Of a stretch of DNA of 64,000 nt, positions 39,804-49,726 are shown piece by piece. The position numbers and the translations under genes are program-made. A model generated the notes under the pieces. The model worked only from the letters and a program-made list of their open reading frames with translations, did no database searches and had not been told where the DNA came from. Numbering within the stretch: the first letter of the stretch is position 1; each line of letters starts with the position of its first letter. The stretch lies in the NCBI GenBank assembly GCA_040220235.1, contig JAVJTO010000004.1. One strand, 5' to 3'. This DNA comes from Coleofasciculus sp. B1-GNL1-01. Its GTDB lineage: Bacteria; Cyanobacteriota; Cyanobacteriia; Cyanobacteriales; Coleofasciculaceae.

Positions 39804-41609
39804 GTGAAACCATTAGCAGACCTCAAAGCCTTAATTCAACAAACTGAAGCAAAAGGGGGAAGCCAAGACCCCAGTCTGGCGAACTTATATGCTCAACTCG
39901 GACAACTCTACCAAAGCCGACTGGAAAACGGGGAATTTGAGGATTACCAGCACGAACTTGCCCTCGCCGTTGAATATTTCCATAAAGCGGTTGACCTGCA
40001 ACGACGATTGGGGTTAGACATTGACTTAGCGACAACGCTGAATCATCTGGCGGAACTCTACAGAACCCAAGGACGCTATGACCAAGCCGAACCGCTTTAT
40101 CTGCAAGCCTTAGATTTAAGGAAACGTAACTTAGGAGAGAACCATCCTGATGTCGCCACCAGCCTCAACAACCTAGCGCGACTCTACCACTCTCAGGGAC
40201 AATATCCCCAAGCCGAACCTCTCTATCTCCAAGCCTTAGACCTAAGGCAACGTAACTTAGGAGAGAACCATCCTGATATCGCCATTAGCCTCAACGATAT
40301 CGCCGCCCTCTACTTCTTCCAAGGGCGCTACAACGAAGCTGAATCTTTTTACCTGCAAGCGTTGGACTTAAGGAAACGCAATTTAGGAGAGAACCATGCC
40401 GATGTTGCTACCAGTCTTAACAACCTCGCCTTACTTTACTTCTTACTGGGACGCTATGACCAAGCCAAACCGCTTTATCTGCAAGCCTTGGAACTGAGGA
40501 AACGCTTACTGGGACGGAACCATCCCGATGTTGCCACTAGCCTGAATAATTTGGCAGAACTCTACAGAACCCAAGGACACTACACCCAAGCCGAACCCCT
40601 CTATCTGCAAGCCTTGGAGGTAATGAGGCGTCTGCTAGGAGATGAGCATCCCGATGTGGCGACTAATATGAACAATCTAGCTGCACTCTATTTCTTCCAA
40701 GAACGCTACGACGAAGCCGAACCCCTCTATCTGCAAGCCTGGGAAATCAGGAAACGCTTATTCGGTGATAATCATCCCGATGTGGCACAAAGCCTCAACA
40801 ACTTAGCCGGACTCTACTTCTCTCAAGGACGTCAGGGTGAAGCCGAACCTCTCTATCGCCAAGCCTTGGAAATCTGGCAACGTTTATTGGGTGATACTCA
40901 TCCGGATATCGCCACCAACCTGAATAATTTAGCATTACTCCACCACTCCCAAGGACACTACGAGGAAGCTGAACCCCTCTATCGCCAAGCGTTGGACTTA
41001 AGGAAACGGTTATTCGGCGCGAACCATCCTGATGTAGTGACCAGCTTGAACAACTTAGCCTTGCTCTACCATTATCAAGGACGCTACGAGCAAGCCGAAC
41101 CTCTTTATGTGGAGGTGTTGGATGTGGGTAGACAGTTATTAGGAGAGGAGCATCCCGATGTTTTAACCAGCCTGAATAACTTAGCCGCACTCTATAAAAA
41201 TCTCGCCGAACTTTATTCCACGCAGGGACGCTACGATGAAGCCGAACCTCTCTATCTGCAAGCCTTAGAGTTGCGGAAACGCTTACTGGGAGATGAACAT
41301 CCCGATGTAGCACAAAATCTGAATAATTTAGCCATACTCTACTTCTTTCAAGGACGTCACGACAAAGCCAAAGAGTTCTATTCCCAAGCTTGGGAGTTAG
41401 GAAAACGCTGGCTAGGGGATGAGCATCCAGATGTGGCACAAAATTTGAATAATTTGGCAGGACTTTATTCGTCTCAAGGAGAATATGAATTAGCCGAACC
41501 CCTTTATGTCCAAGCGTTGACGATTTGTGAAGAACGACTCGGCGCTAATCATCCGACTACAGCAACAATCCGGAAAAATCTTGATGATCTGCGTGCAGCG
41601 ATGGGATAA
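39804..41609 (+). CDS. TPR protein with about 12 kinesin-light-chain-type 42-aa repeats
   Basis: HPDVATSLNNLA.LY..QGRY..AEPLY.QAL repeats; N-terminus matches an internal segment of 42088-44121. Confidence 0.88.
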   Translation: MKPLADLKALIQQTEAKGGSQDPSLANLYAQLGQLYQSRLENGEFEDYQHELALAVEYFHKAVDLQRRLGLDIDLATTLNHLAELYRTQGRYDQAEPLYLQALDLRKRNLGENHPDVATSLNNLARLYHSQGQYPQAEPLYLQALDLRQRNLGENHPDIAISLNDIAALYFFQGRYNEAESFYLQALDLRKRNLGENHADVATSLNNLALLYFLLGRYDQAKPLYLQALELRKRLLGRNHPDVATSLNNLAELYRTQGHYTQAEPLYLQALEVMRRLLGDEHPDVATNMNNLAALYFFQERYDEAEPLYLQAWEIRKRLFGDNHPDVAQSLNNLAGLYFSQGRQGEAEPLYRQALEIWQRLLGDTHPDIATNLNNLALLHHSQGHYEEAEPLYRQALDLRKRLFGANHPDVVTSLNNLALLYHYQGRYEQAEPLYVEVLDVGRQLLGEEHPDVLTSLNNLAALYKNLAELYSTQGRYDEAEPLYLQALELRKRLLGDEHPDVAQNLNNLAILYFFQGRHDKAKEFYSQAWELGKRWLGDEHPDVAQNLNNLAGLYSSQGEYELAEPLYVQALTICEERLGANHPTTATIRKNLDDLRAAMG

Positions 41610-41842
41610 TTTTTAGGGGAGATGGGGAAGATAGGGGAGATGGGGAAGATAGGGGAGAAAAACGAAATCGACAGACAGCTAAAGAGAATGTACCCTATAG
41701 GAGTGGGTGTTGCTGCCAAACGCTCCGAATCAGGGATAACTCTTGTCGAATGTGCTTAGGATTGATTCGGATTAACGCGATTCACAATAACTTTGTCATT
41801 TTTTGAGGTGAACTCGACTATAAACTCTTAAACACAACTAGC

Positions 41843-41947
41843 TATAGCAGTTCCAAATGAAACGTGAAAATATTACCCCTCCCAAACCCTCCCCTTAGCA
41901 AGGGGAGGGCAGGGGTGGGGTTCACAACTCAAATGAAAACGCTATAT
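41843..41947. mobile_element. MITE-like element with TATAGC TIRs enclosing a CCCTCCCCTT..AAGGGGAGGG hairpin
   Basis: TATAGCAGTTCCAAATGAAACGTGAA versus the reverse complement TATAGCGTTTTCATTTGAGTTGTGAA. Confidence 0.6.
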
Positions 41948-42087
41948 GACTGTAAGCGAATGAACCCAAAGCACTGGAATTTGGGCATAAGCTGCATAGT
42001 CTTAATGTTCTAGAGTATGGCAATCGTCAAAACCGATGAGGTTCACCGAATCGTTCAAGAGCGATTACAAGATTGGAGGTTAATTTC

Positions 42088-44121
42088 ATGATGACGGAGT
42101 TGTCTGACCCGACAGTTCATAATGAACAAACGTATGGCGATTTACTGACAGCGATTCAAGCCAGTCAAGGTAAGTTGAGTGTAATCCTAGCGGTTTGTGA
42201 TGATATCCATTTTCGCAACCAACTGATTGAACGCTATGAAAGCGAACTCGTCGCCTCTGTGCGATCGCATCGCGTTACCTTGGTTAAGGATGACCCGAAC
42301 CTGAGCCACGCCATTACTGAACTCGTCCAAACCGATGACGATTTACCTCAGGGGGGAAACGCCGTTGTCACCGTGACGGGTGCGGAGCAACTTCTCTGGC
42401 TCAAATTCGACGCCCAGCATTCAGAACAGGAAAATTTTTTCGCCTCCTTACCAGAAACCCAAGACGCATTATCCGTCTTGGCTTGTCCACTTGTCCTGTG
42501 GCTAACTCACCAACTAGAGAGTCAGCTAAGTCAAAACGCCCCAGAGTTCCAAAATTGGTGTCAAGCTGTCTTTCGCTTCCACTCCAAAAAAACAACTGCT
42601 ATTCCCATTCAAAACATTGAGTCATTCCGCCATCTTATCGAAGAAAGCGACGCTTGGGATCAAAGCCTATCAGTCTTTCCCGTCGCCGATGTCAACGCCT
42701 TGATTGAGTACACCAAAGCCAAACGCGGCGTCAACGATTCAAATTTGGCAACCTTATATGCTCAAGTCGGACACCTTTATCAACGACGCTTAGAACAGGG
42801 TGAATCTTTAGATTATCCCCAAGAACAAGCCTTAGCCGTTGAGTATTTGAGTCAAGCCATTCAGCTAAAAAAAGAACTCGGCTTAGAAACAACCTTAGCT
42901 GAAACGGTGAATAATTTAGCCGAACTCTACCGACTGCAAGGACGCTATAGGGAAGCTGAACCTCTTTATTTAGAAGCCTTAGAACTCAGAAAAAGTTTGT
43001 TGGGCGATGCTCATCCTGATGTCGCCACCAGCCTCAACAACTTGGCAAAACTTTACCAGGCTCAAGGACAGTACGCTCAAGCCGAACCTCTTTATCTGCA
43101 AGCCTTGGACTTGAGAAAACGCTTACTGGGTGATGATCATCCAGATCTCGCTCATAGTCTCAACGATTTAGCCACCCTCTATTTTTGTCAAGGACGCTAT
43201 GAGGACGCCGAACCCCTTTATTTGCAAGCTTTGGACTTGAGGAAACGTAACTTAGGCGATGATCATCTAGAGGTGACAATCAGCCTTAGCAATGTCGGAT
43301 TACTCTATCATTATCAAAGACGCTACGAAGACGCCGAACCTCTTTATCTGCAAGCCTTAGACATCGAAAAACGCTTACTGGGCGAGGATCATCCGGATGT
43401 AGCCACCACCTTGAACAATCTCGCCGCCCTTTATAAGTCTCAAGGACGCTATGAGGATGCTGAACCCCTTTATCTGCAAGCCTTGGACTTGCAAAAACGG
43501 TTATTGGGAGAGAACCATCCCGATGTCGCCACGAACCTTAACAATCTTGCTGCTCTGTACTTCTCTCAAGGACGCTATGAGAAAGCCGAACCTCTCTATT
43601 TGCAAGCCTTAGACATCAGAAAAGGTTTATTGGGAGAAAATCATCCTGATGTGGCACAAAGCTTAAATAATTTGGCAGGACTTTATTTCTCTAAAGGACC
43701 CAATAACAAAACCGAATCGTTTTATTTAGAAGCGTTAAATATTCGGAAACGCTTATTGGGAGAGAACCATCCTGATGTGGCAACTAGCCTGAATAATTTA
43801 GCTTTACTCTATCATTATCAAGGACACTACGACAAAGCCGAACCCTTCTATCTGCAAGCCTTACATCTGAGAAAACGTTTATTTGGAGATATCCATCCTG
43901 ATGTAGTAACCAGTATGAATAATTTGGCATTACTCTATCATTATCAAGGACGCTACGAGCAAGCCGAACCCCTCTATCTCCAAGTCTTGGAACTCGGTAA
44001 ACGTTTATGGGGAGAAGACCATCCCGATGTCGCGCTCAGTTTAAATAATTTGGCAGCCCTTTACAAGTCTCAAGGACGGTATGAACAAGCGAATTACTTA
44101 ACTTCCAAGCTATGGAATTGA
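42088..44121 (+). CDS. TPR protein with N-terminal degenerate P-loop-like domain; last repeat frameshifted
   Basis: N-domain (ASQGKLSVILAVCD...VTVTGAEQL...PLVLWL...APEFQNW), 42-aa TPRs; the repeat consensus continues out of frame after EQA. Confidence 0.82.
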   Translation: MMTELSDPTVHNEQTYGDLLTAIQASQGKLSVILAVCDDIHFRNQLIERYESELVASVRSHRVTLVKDDPNLSHAITELVQTDDDLPQGGNAVVTVTGAEQLLWLKFDAQHSEQENFFASLPETQDALSVLACPLVLWLTHQLESQLSQNAPEFQNWCQAVFRFHSKKTTAIPIQNIESFRHLIEESDAWDQSLSVFPVADVNALIEYTKAKRGVNDSNLATLYAQVGHLYQRRLEQGESLDYPQEQALAVEYLSQAIQLKKELGLETTLAETVNNLAELYRLQGRYREAEPLYLEALELRKSLLGDAHPDVATSLNNLAKLYQAQGQYAQAEPLYLQALDLRKRLLGDDHPDLAHSLNDLATLYFCQGRYEDAEPLYLQALDLRKRNLGDDHLEVTISLSNVGLLYHYQRRYEDAEPLYLQALDIEKRLLGEDHPDVATTLNNLAALYKSQGRYEDAEPLYLQALDLQKRLLGENHPDVATNLNNLAALYFSQGRYEKAEPLYLQALDIRKGLLGENHPDVAQSLNNLAGLYFSKGPNNKTESFYLEALNIRKRLLGENHPDVATSLNNLALLYHYQGHYDKAEPFYLQALHLRKRLFGDIHPDVVTSMNNLALLYHYQGRYEQAEPLYLQVLELGKRLWGEDHPDVALSLNNLAALYKSQGRYEQANYLTSKLWN

Positions 44122-44262
44122 GGAACGGTTGATGAGAAGATAAGGCGGACAAGGAAGACAAGGCAGATCAATTACTATTACTATATCCTTGAGGGAAGCG
44201 AAGGGTCAAAACTTACGTCTTTTCGTTGAGCAACATACGGTGAAAAGTAAGAAATATGGACT

Positions 44263-45120
44263 TCAACTTCCAGTATTATTTCTTGAGGAGAGGTGATCTA
44301 AATCAAGCGGATCGCTCTCAACATAATCTTTTGCGGTCATGTCTTCCAAAGACACAACTAAACCATGTACAGATTTAAATCGCCCCGATTCAGGAAGTAA
44401 TTTCAACCATTTTTCCAGATATTGATGCCATTCTTTTTCCTGAAACTGAACCTGTTCTTCATTACGGATAAACCAAAACATCAGTTCAATTTCATCAGCA
44501 TTCCAAGATGGTGCTGCACGTACTCTAATTTCTCGTAAGGCACGAAGGGCATCCCCTTCAACGCTTAATTTATCGTGCTTATCTTGCATCCGCTTTTGAA
44601 GTTTTTGTGCAAATGCAATGAATTCATCAGGAAAAGCAAATCGAACTCGCTTCCGTGCTAATGCTTGTCCTAATGCCCTAACCTCGTCATCGTTTTGGCA
44701 TCCTGGGATACGCTTCCATTCTGCAACAACAGCCTTTTCTACTGTCATCACACGATCAAGATCAGCAACCAGACTATATTCAGAAATTCCTGGAATATAG
44801 GCATACTGAGGTCGTCTACTTCGTTGGATCTCGTTCAAACGTTGTTTATTAACCTCTACAAGAGGCACCACCTCTATAAATGGACGATCCCAACAAGAAC
44901 GCACAATATCACATGTTTGTGTAATTACAGCAAAACCCTTGACCTCGGATTCTGCAAGGTCAATTTCTTCTTGTGCAACATTAACAGAGTCCTCTGTTAA
45001 AGGACGTTTAGGATTAAAGCGGTAGAGGAACCAATGTTCTCCAAGGGTACAATCACCTTGACGCCACTCTCCAACAGCCGCGTCTACTTGCTGAATCCAA
45101 ACATCACGCTCATTGCTCAC
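44263..45120 (-). CDS. Hypothetical protein with MazF/PemK-like N-terminal domain and an unknown C-terminal domain
   Basis: WRQGD...AVITQTCDI...EVVPL...LVADLDRVMTVEK pattern; GTG 45120 overlaps the upstream stop. Confidence 0.55.
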   Translation of the reverse strand: MSNERDVWIQQVDAAVGEWRQGDCTLGEHWFLYRFNPKRPLTEDSVNVAQEEIDLAESEVKGFAVITQTCDIVRSCWDRPFIEVVPLVEVNKQRLNEIQRSRRPQYAYIPGISEYSLVADLDRVMTVEKAVVAEWKRIPGCQNDDEVRALGQALARKRVRFAFPDEFIAFAQKLQKRMQDKHDKLSVEGDALRALREIRVRAAPSWNADEIELMFWFIRNEEQVQFQEKEWHQYLEKWLKLLPESGRFKSVHGLVVSLEDMTAKDYVESDPLDLDHLSSRNNTGS

Positions 45121-45793
45121 TACTGTTTCTTCTACTCCTTGCAACTCTGGCTGGTCTGGAGCGTCCAACCTCACGATGGATAGTATCTTGGAGAGCATCG
45201 ACTAAATCTGCTGGATTTGGTGGCATACGTGACCTATCGGCATATTTGGATAATGGCTTTAGCTGCGGTTTATCAGGAGCATTACCAAAACCAAGAATCT
45301 GTTTTACCTTTTCGTGTTCACCTGCTACCAGTAAATCAAAAGGAGATCTACCATCACTATCCGGTTTCAACAAGAGACTGCGATTGAGACTTGCGCTCCC
45401 TCGGTTAATGTACTGAATAGTGTTTAAAAGTTGATCCAGTTTCTGCTTATTAGATTGAGATAGCTGTTGTCCACTTGCCCAAGCATGAAGACTTCTACGA
45501 GAAACATCGAAGAGTTTAGCGATTTGCTCCCAGGTCAATCCACTCAACTTCCTCAGTTTGTTAACAGCTTTCTGCGTCGTTTCTCTAGATTCAGTGGACG
45601 GTCGAGTCACACCACTTGTTGTCATGTCCCAAGCAACTAACGCACTGGAAAAAACAGTGGCTCTGGAAGCCGTTGTGCTAGAACGGTCTATAAACATTCT
45701 AAAACCCCTAAATGGATGAGTATCTAATTTCCCCATAGCTCCAAGGGCAGAAGTACTCGATAACTGAGCGTGTTTTCTTCCTAAAATAGTCAT
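45110..45793 (-). CDS. XRE-type HTH protein with S/T-rich N-terminal region (putative antitoxin/regulator)
   Basis: LRKLSGLTWEQIAKLFDVSRRSLHAWASG helix-turn-helix; GGAGG RBS and TGATG coupling to the upstream gene. Confidence 0.75.
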   Translation of the reverse strand: MTILGRKHAQLSSTSALGAMGKLDTHPFRGFRMFIDRSSTTASRATVFSSALVAWDMTTSGVTRPSTESRETTQKAVNKLRKLSGLTWEQIAKLFDVSRRSLHAWASGQQLSQSNKQKLDQLLNTIQYINRGSASLNRSLLLKPDSDGRSPFDLLVAGEHEKVKQILGFGNAPDKPQLKPLSKYADRSRMPPNPADLVDALQDTIHREVGRSRPARVARSRRNSSEQ

Positions 45794-46593
45794 CACACTT
45801 CTCCTCCAAATCGTCGCAAAAATTCATCCTGTACTGCCCATCTGAAGAATGTATAAATTCTCTCAGCAAAATTCTGTGCTTCACTCATCAATGTCTCAAC
45901 ACTGAAGTCTCGGATATTTGATTCTGAAAACATATCTATATCCAATATCCAGCTTGGTTTATTAATAGGTTCAATTGCATCGGGATCAAACGTGGCATCA
46001 GAAGACATAAGTCCCCATCTAGCGATAATTTGCTCACCTCTATCTGGAATAACAAACCAAGATTCATTAATTGTTTGAGAAATATATTCTCTAAACTCAG
46101 TAGCGACGATACCAGCTATCTCAGGTTTCACAAGTAATGATATATCCTCAAGTTCTTGACCATCAATTCGATCGATATAGCGTAACCCAAATCGTTCAAT
46201 AACCTTGGGATTAAAATTTTTGTCAAGTGCTATTAGCACGTTTTTAAAACGTTCTATAAAATCGCTACGACTTGAGTAAGCCGTTGTTTCTATTGCCACA
46301 AAGTTGGGTGCTAATGAAACTCGCCAACTATTTGTTGTGTCTAAAAATCGCCAAGTTAATTGAGGTGCAGTTTGCACAATATCTGGGGAACCCAAAACTA
46401 AACCCTGAGTCTGTTCCAGATGTAGGATAGGATATGTTTCTCGAATTGCCTCTTGAAATGAACCCACAAACTCTTTTTTCTCAATCGAAAGAATAGGTGG
46501 AAAGCGCACTTGTGCAATCACTCGCACCAAAGGTGCATCTTTCAACGGTACTTCTTGAGGTGGTTGTGCAATGAGTGGATTGGTATTGACCAC
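45793..46593 (-). CDS. TIGR04255-family protein
   Basis: L..APLVRVIAQVRF, ETTAYSS..DF, ERFGLRYIDRI, WILDID, FFRWAV.DEF motifs. Confidence 0.75.
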   Translation of the reverse strand: MVNTNPLIAQPPQEVPLKDAPLVRVIAQVRFPPILSIEKKEFVGSFQEAIRETYPILHLEQTQGLVLGSPDIVQTAPQLTWRFLDTTNSWRVSLAPNFVAIETTAYSSRSDFIERFKNVLIALDKNFNPKVIERFGLRYIDRIDGQELEDISLLVKPEIAGIVATEFREYISQTINESWFVIPDRGEQIIARWGLMSSDATFDPDAIEPINKPSWILDIDMFSESNIRDFSVETLMSEAQNFAERIYTFFRWAVQDEFLRRFGGEV

Positions 46594-46825
46594 TTTCTAC
46601 ATCCTTTTTGGGACTTGAGCGAGAAATTGGGCATAGATTCAGATATGAGAGATACTACGCCTATCGCTATCGTAAAGCAAAAGTGTGAAGTAGAGTGTGA
46701 AGTTTAAGAAATGTAAACTTAATTGGTGTCATGGGGCACTATTGAATGATCGCCTGCACCCGTTAAAAATAGACGGCTGCGATCGCACGTCCTATAATTG
46801 CCAATGAAACTCAGGATCAACCGAT

Positions 46826-48355
46826 ATGCTTGCCAGGGTTTGGAGTGCTTCGCTAGTCGGCATTGATGCGGTGAAAGTCGGTGTGGAAGTCGATGTGTCA
46901 GGCGGATTACCGGGAATTGTTGTTGTGGGATTACCGGATACCGCCGTCCAAGAATCACGAGAACGGGTGAAGGCGGCGTTAAAAAATGCTGGCTTTGTTT
47001 TTCCCATGCGGAAAATCGTGATTAATCTCACCCCCGCCGACTTACGCAAAGAAGGACCCAGCTTTGATTTACCCATTAGTGTGGGAATTCTCGCCGCCTC
47101 GCAGCAAGTCAATCCTGAATTATTAGGGGATTATCTATTTTTAGGGGAAGTCTCCCTGGATGGGAATTTACGCCCCGTTGCGGGTATTTTACCCATCGCC
47201 GCCGCCGCCCAAAGTTTGGGGATTTCTGGATTAGTCGTACCCGCCGATAATGCCCAAGAAGCCGCCGTAGTGCGGGGACTAGACGTGTATGGATTCCAGC
47301 ATCTGGCTGATGTGGCAGATTTTTTGAATCAACCAGAACGTTATTCCCCGGTAACCATGGATGAATTACCCCAATCATCCTCCTATCAGTTTACAGGCGG
47401 AAACTTAAACGAAGTCAAAGGTCAATCCCATGCGCGTCGGGCGTTAGAAATCGCGGCGGCTGGGGGTCATAATTTAATTTTTGTGGGTCCACCGGGAAGC
47501 GGAAAAACCATGCTGGCGCGACGATTACCGGGAATTTTACCGCCCTTAAGTTTTGAAGAAGCCCTGGAAGTTACTCAAATTTATTCTGTCGCGGGATTAC
47601 TTAAAGATAAAGGCAGATTAATTAGACATCGCCCCTTTCGCAGTCCCCACCATTCTGCCTCAGGTCCATCATTAGTTGGGGGTGGTAGTTTTCCGCGTCC
47701 CGGAGAAATTTCCTTGGCGCATCGAGGGGTATTATTTCTGGATGAGTTAACTGAATTTAAGCGCAATGTATTGGAATTTTTGCGTCAACCTTTAGAAGAT
47801 GGTTATGTGACCATTTCTCGCACCCGACAATCCGTCCTATTTCCGGCACAATTTACCTTAGTTGCTAGTACCAATCCCTGTCCCTGTGGTTACTTTGGTG
47901 ACACCCTGCAACCCTGCACCTGTTCAGCGCGACAACGGGAGAACTATTGGGCAAAACTTTCGGGTCCGTTGATGGATCGAATTGACTTACAAGTTGCCGT
48001 GAATCGTCTCAAACCCGAAGAGATTACTCGACAACCCCAAAGTGAAGCATCAGAAGCCGTAAGGGAGAGAGTAAAAGTAGCCCGCGATCGCGCCCGTCAT
48101 CGCTTCAATTCAGAACCCTCCCTGCGCTGCAATGCCCAGATGCAAAGTGGTCATTTGAGACAATGGTGTCATTTAGATGATAGTAGTCGCAATCTTTTAG
48201 AAGGGGCAATTCGCAAACTCGGACTCTCTGCCCGGGCAAGCGATCGCATCCTGAAAGTTGCCCGCACGATCGCCGATTTATCGGGGGCGGAGACGCTGCA
48301 AACGTCACACATTGCCGAAGCTATCCAGTATCGTACTATTGATCGAATGCAGTAA
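46826..48355 (+). CDS. comM: YifB/ComM Mg-chelatase-like AAA+ ATPase
   Basis: VGLPDTAVQESRERV, GPPGSGKT, RSPHHSAS, GEISLAHRGVLFLDE, NPCPCG. Confidence 0.93.
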   Translation: MLARVWSASLVGIDAVKVGVEVDVSGGLPGIVVVGLPDTAVQESRERVKAALKNAGFVFPMRKIVINLTPADLRKEGPSFDLPISVGILAASQQVNPELLGDYLFLGEVSLDGNLRPVAGILPIAAAAQSLGISGLVVPADNAQEAAVVRGLDVYGFQHLADVADFLNQPERYSPVTMDELPQSSSYQFTGGNLNEVKGQSHARRALEIAAAGGHNLIFVGPPGSGKTMLARRLPGILPPLSFEEALEVTQIYSVAGLLKDKGRLIRHRPFRSPHHSASGPSLVGGGSFPRPGEISLAHRGVLFLDELTEFKRNVLEFLRQPLEDGYVTISRTRQSVLFPAQFTLVASTNPCPCGYFGDTLQPCTCSARQRENYWAKLSGPLMDRIDLQVAVNRLKPEEITRQPQSEASEAVRERVKVARDRARHRFNSEPSLRCNAQMQSGHLRQWCHLDDSSRNLLEGAIRKLGLSARASDRILKVARTIADLSGAETLQTSHIAEAIQYRTIDRMQ

Positions 48356-48477
48356 CACAGATTACACAGATTATAATCATACAGGCAGAAGACTCAATGG
48401 AGAATGACACAGATTAAGTAGGTTGATAGAAATTCACTCAACTATATTAAGTTATGTCAATAAGTCTAAAACCCTTA

Positions 48478-48561
48478 CAAATGACAAATGACAAATGACA
48501 AATGACAAATGACAAATGACAAATGACAAATGACAAATGACAAATGACAAATGACAAATGA
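48478..48561 (+). repeat. (CAAATGA)12 short tandem repeat overlapping the methyltransferase start
   Basis: Twelve perfect heptamers counted; preceded by a TAAGTAGG...AAACCCTTAC element end (48415-48478). Confidence 0.95.
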
Positions 48562-49726
48562 CATCTGTACAACCGTTGAGTTATTTTGCGGGATTGGAGG
48601 ATTCCGGATAGCGGCGGATCAGAGAAATATAGCCACAATCTGGGCAAATGATCGGTGTCCAAAAGCCTGTCAAGTATACCGCGATCGCTTTGGAAAGGCA
48701 CAATTACATCAGGGTGATATTTATCAACTCGTTGATGAAATTCCACCTCATGATCTGTTAACGGCTGGTTTTCCCTGTCAACCGTTCAGTAGTGCGGGCA
48801 AAAAAAAAGGAGTACGAGATCCACGCGGTCATATTTTTCAAGTGATTGTTGATGTCCTGAAAAAACACAAGCCCCAGTTTTTCATCTTAGAGAATGTTAA
48901 ACGCTTGTTATCGATGGAGGAAGGGACTCATTTTGCCACGATACTCAGTGAGTTAGCGCATTTGGACTATACGATTGAGTGGCGTTTGGTCAACGCTATG
49001 CATTTCGGTTTACCTCAAAATCGTCAACGAGTTGTCATCCTGGGAACCTTAGACAAGGATACAAAGGATAATTTTCCCAATATCAGACTTGCCTCAACTG
49101 AAAATATCGCTGAGTTATCCGACTCAACGTTTCAAACCCTGACTAATATTGGACAATGGACAAAAATAAAAGACCACGGTAATAGATTTCCGACGTGGGG
49201 ACTCGCCCAAACAGGTCGTTTTTTTGGCTACAACTTTGCCCAATTTTATCTAGCTACGCCGATTGTTCCATTACGGGCAATTCTTGAGTCAGATGTTGAT
49301 TGCCAATTTGATTTTACTGAGTCTACGTTAAACCGTTTACAAACCAGTACCCCAGTTAATAATTTCGTTCAAGGTGTACAAATCCTCTACAATCAAAGTG
49401 GAGGAGCGCGAATGGGTTACACTGTATTTGGTATTGATGGTGTTGCACCAACACTTACCTCAACAACGAGTCGCCACTATGAGCGTTATAAAATCGGTAA
49501 TCAGTTCCGCCGTCTGACTAATGTAGAATATGCTCGCATTCAAGGGTTTCCAGATGAACATTGTGCTGGGATATCTATCTATGATCAATATGCTCTTTTC
49601 GGAAATGCCATTCCCCCGGTTATGGCTGGGTGGGTTATGGATTGTATCTTAGAAAATAAGAGCGTCCAACTTAAAACACCTAAATTTGAACAACTATCAC
49701 TTTTCTCTATGACCGATGCTTTCTAA
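48551..49726 (+). CDS. DNA (cytosine-5) methyltransferase
   Basis: Motifs I (ELFCGIGG), IV (GFPCQPFS), VI (ENV), VIII (QNRQR), IX (RRLT..E.ARIQGFP) and X (GNA). Confidence 0.95.
   Translation: MTNDICTTVELFCGIGGFRIAADQRNIATIWANDRCPKACQVYRDRFGKAQLHQGDIYQLVDEIPPHDLLTAGFPCQPFSSAGKKKGVRDPRGHIFQVIVDVLKKHKPQFFILENVKRLLSMEEGTHFATILSELAHLDYTIEWRLVNAMHFGLPQNRQRVVILGTLDKDTKDNFPNIRLASTENIAELSDSTFQTLTNIGQWTKIKDHGNRFPTWGLAQTGRFFGYNFAQFYLATPIVPLRAILESDVDCQFDFTESTLNRLQTSTPVNNFVQGVQILYNQSGGARMGYTVFGIDGVAPTLTSTTSRHYERYKIGNQFRRLTNVEYARIQGFPDEHCAGISIYDQYALFGNAIPPVMAGWVMDCILENKSVQLKTPKFEQLSLFSMTDAF

Noticed and set aside
40795..41439. 214-aa minus-strand ORF
   Set aside because: Shadow of the TPR repeats
46826..48355. 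comM disrupted by an integrated element
   Set aside because: The ORF is full length (509 aa) with all motifs; no integrase or split halves seen
48478..48561. Classical frameshift ON/OFF phase variation of the MTase
   Set aside because: Upstream ATGs in the array terminate within five codons and the productive ATG is fixed relative to the array's 3' end, so unit gain or loss does not shift the frame
48447..48746. 99-aa minus-strand ORF with CHLSFVI repeats
   Set aside because: Antisense reading of the heptamer array and the MTase 5' end
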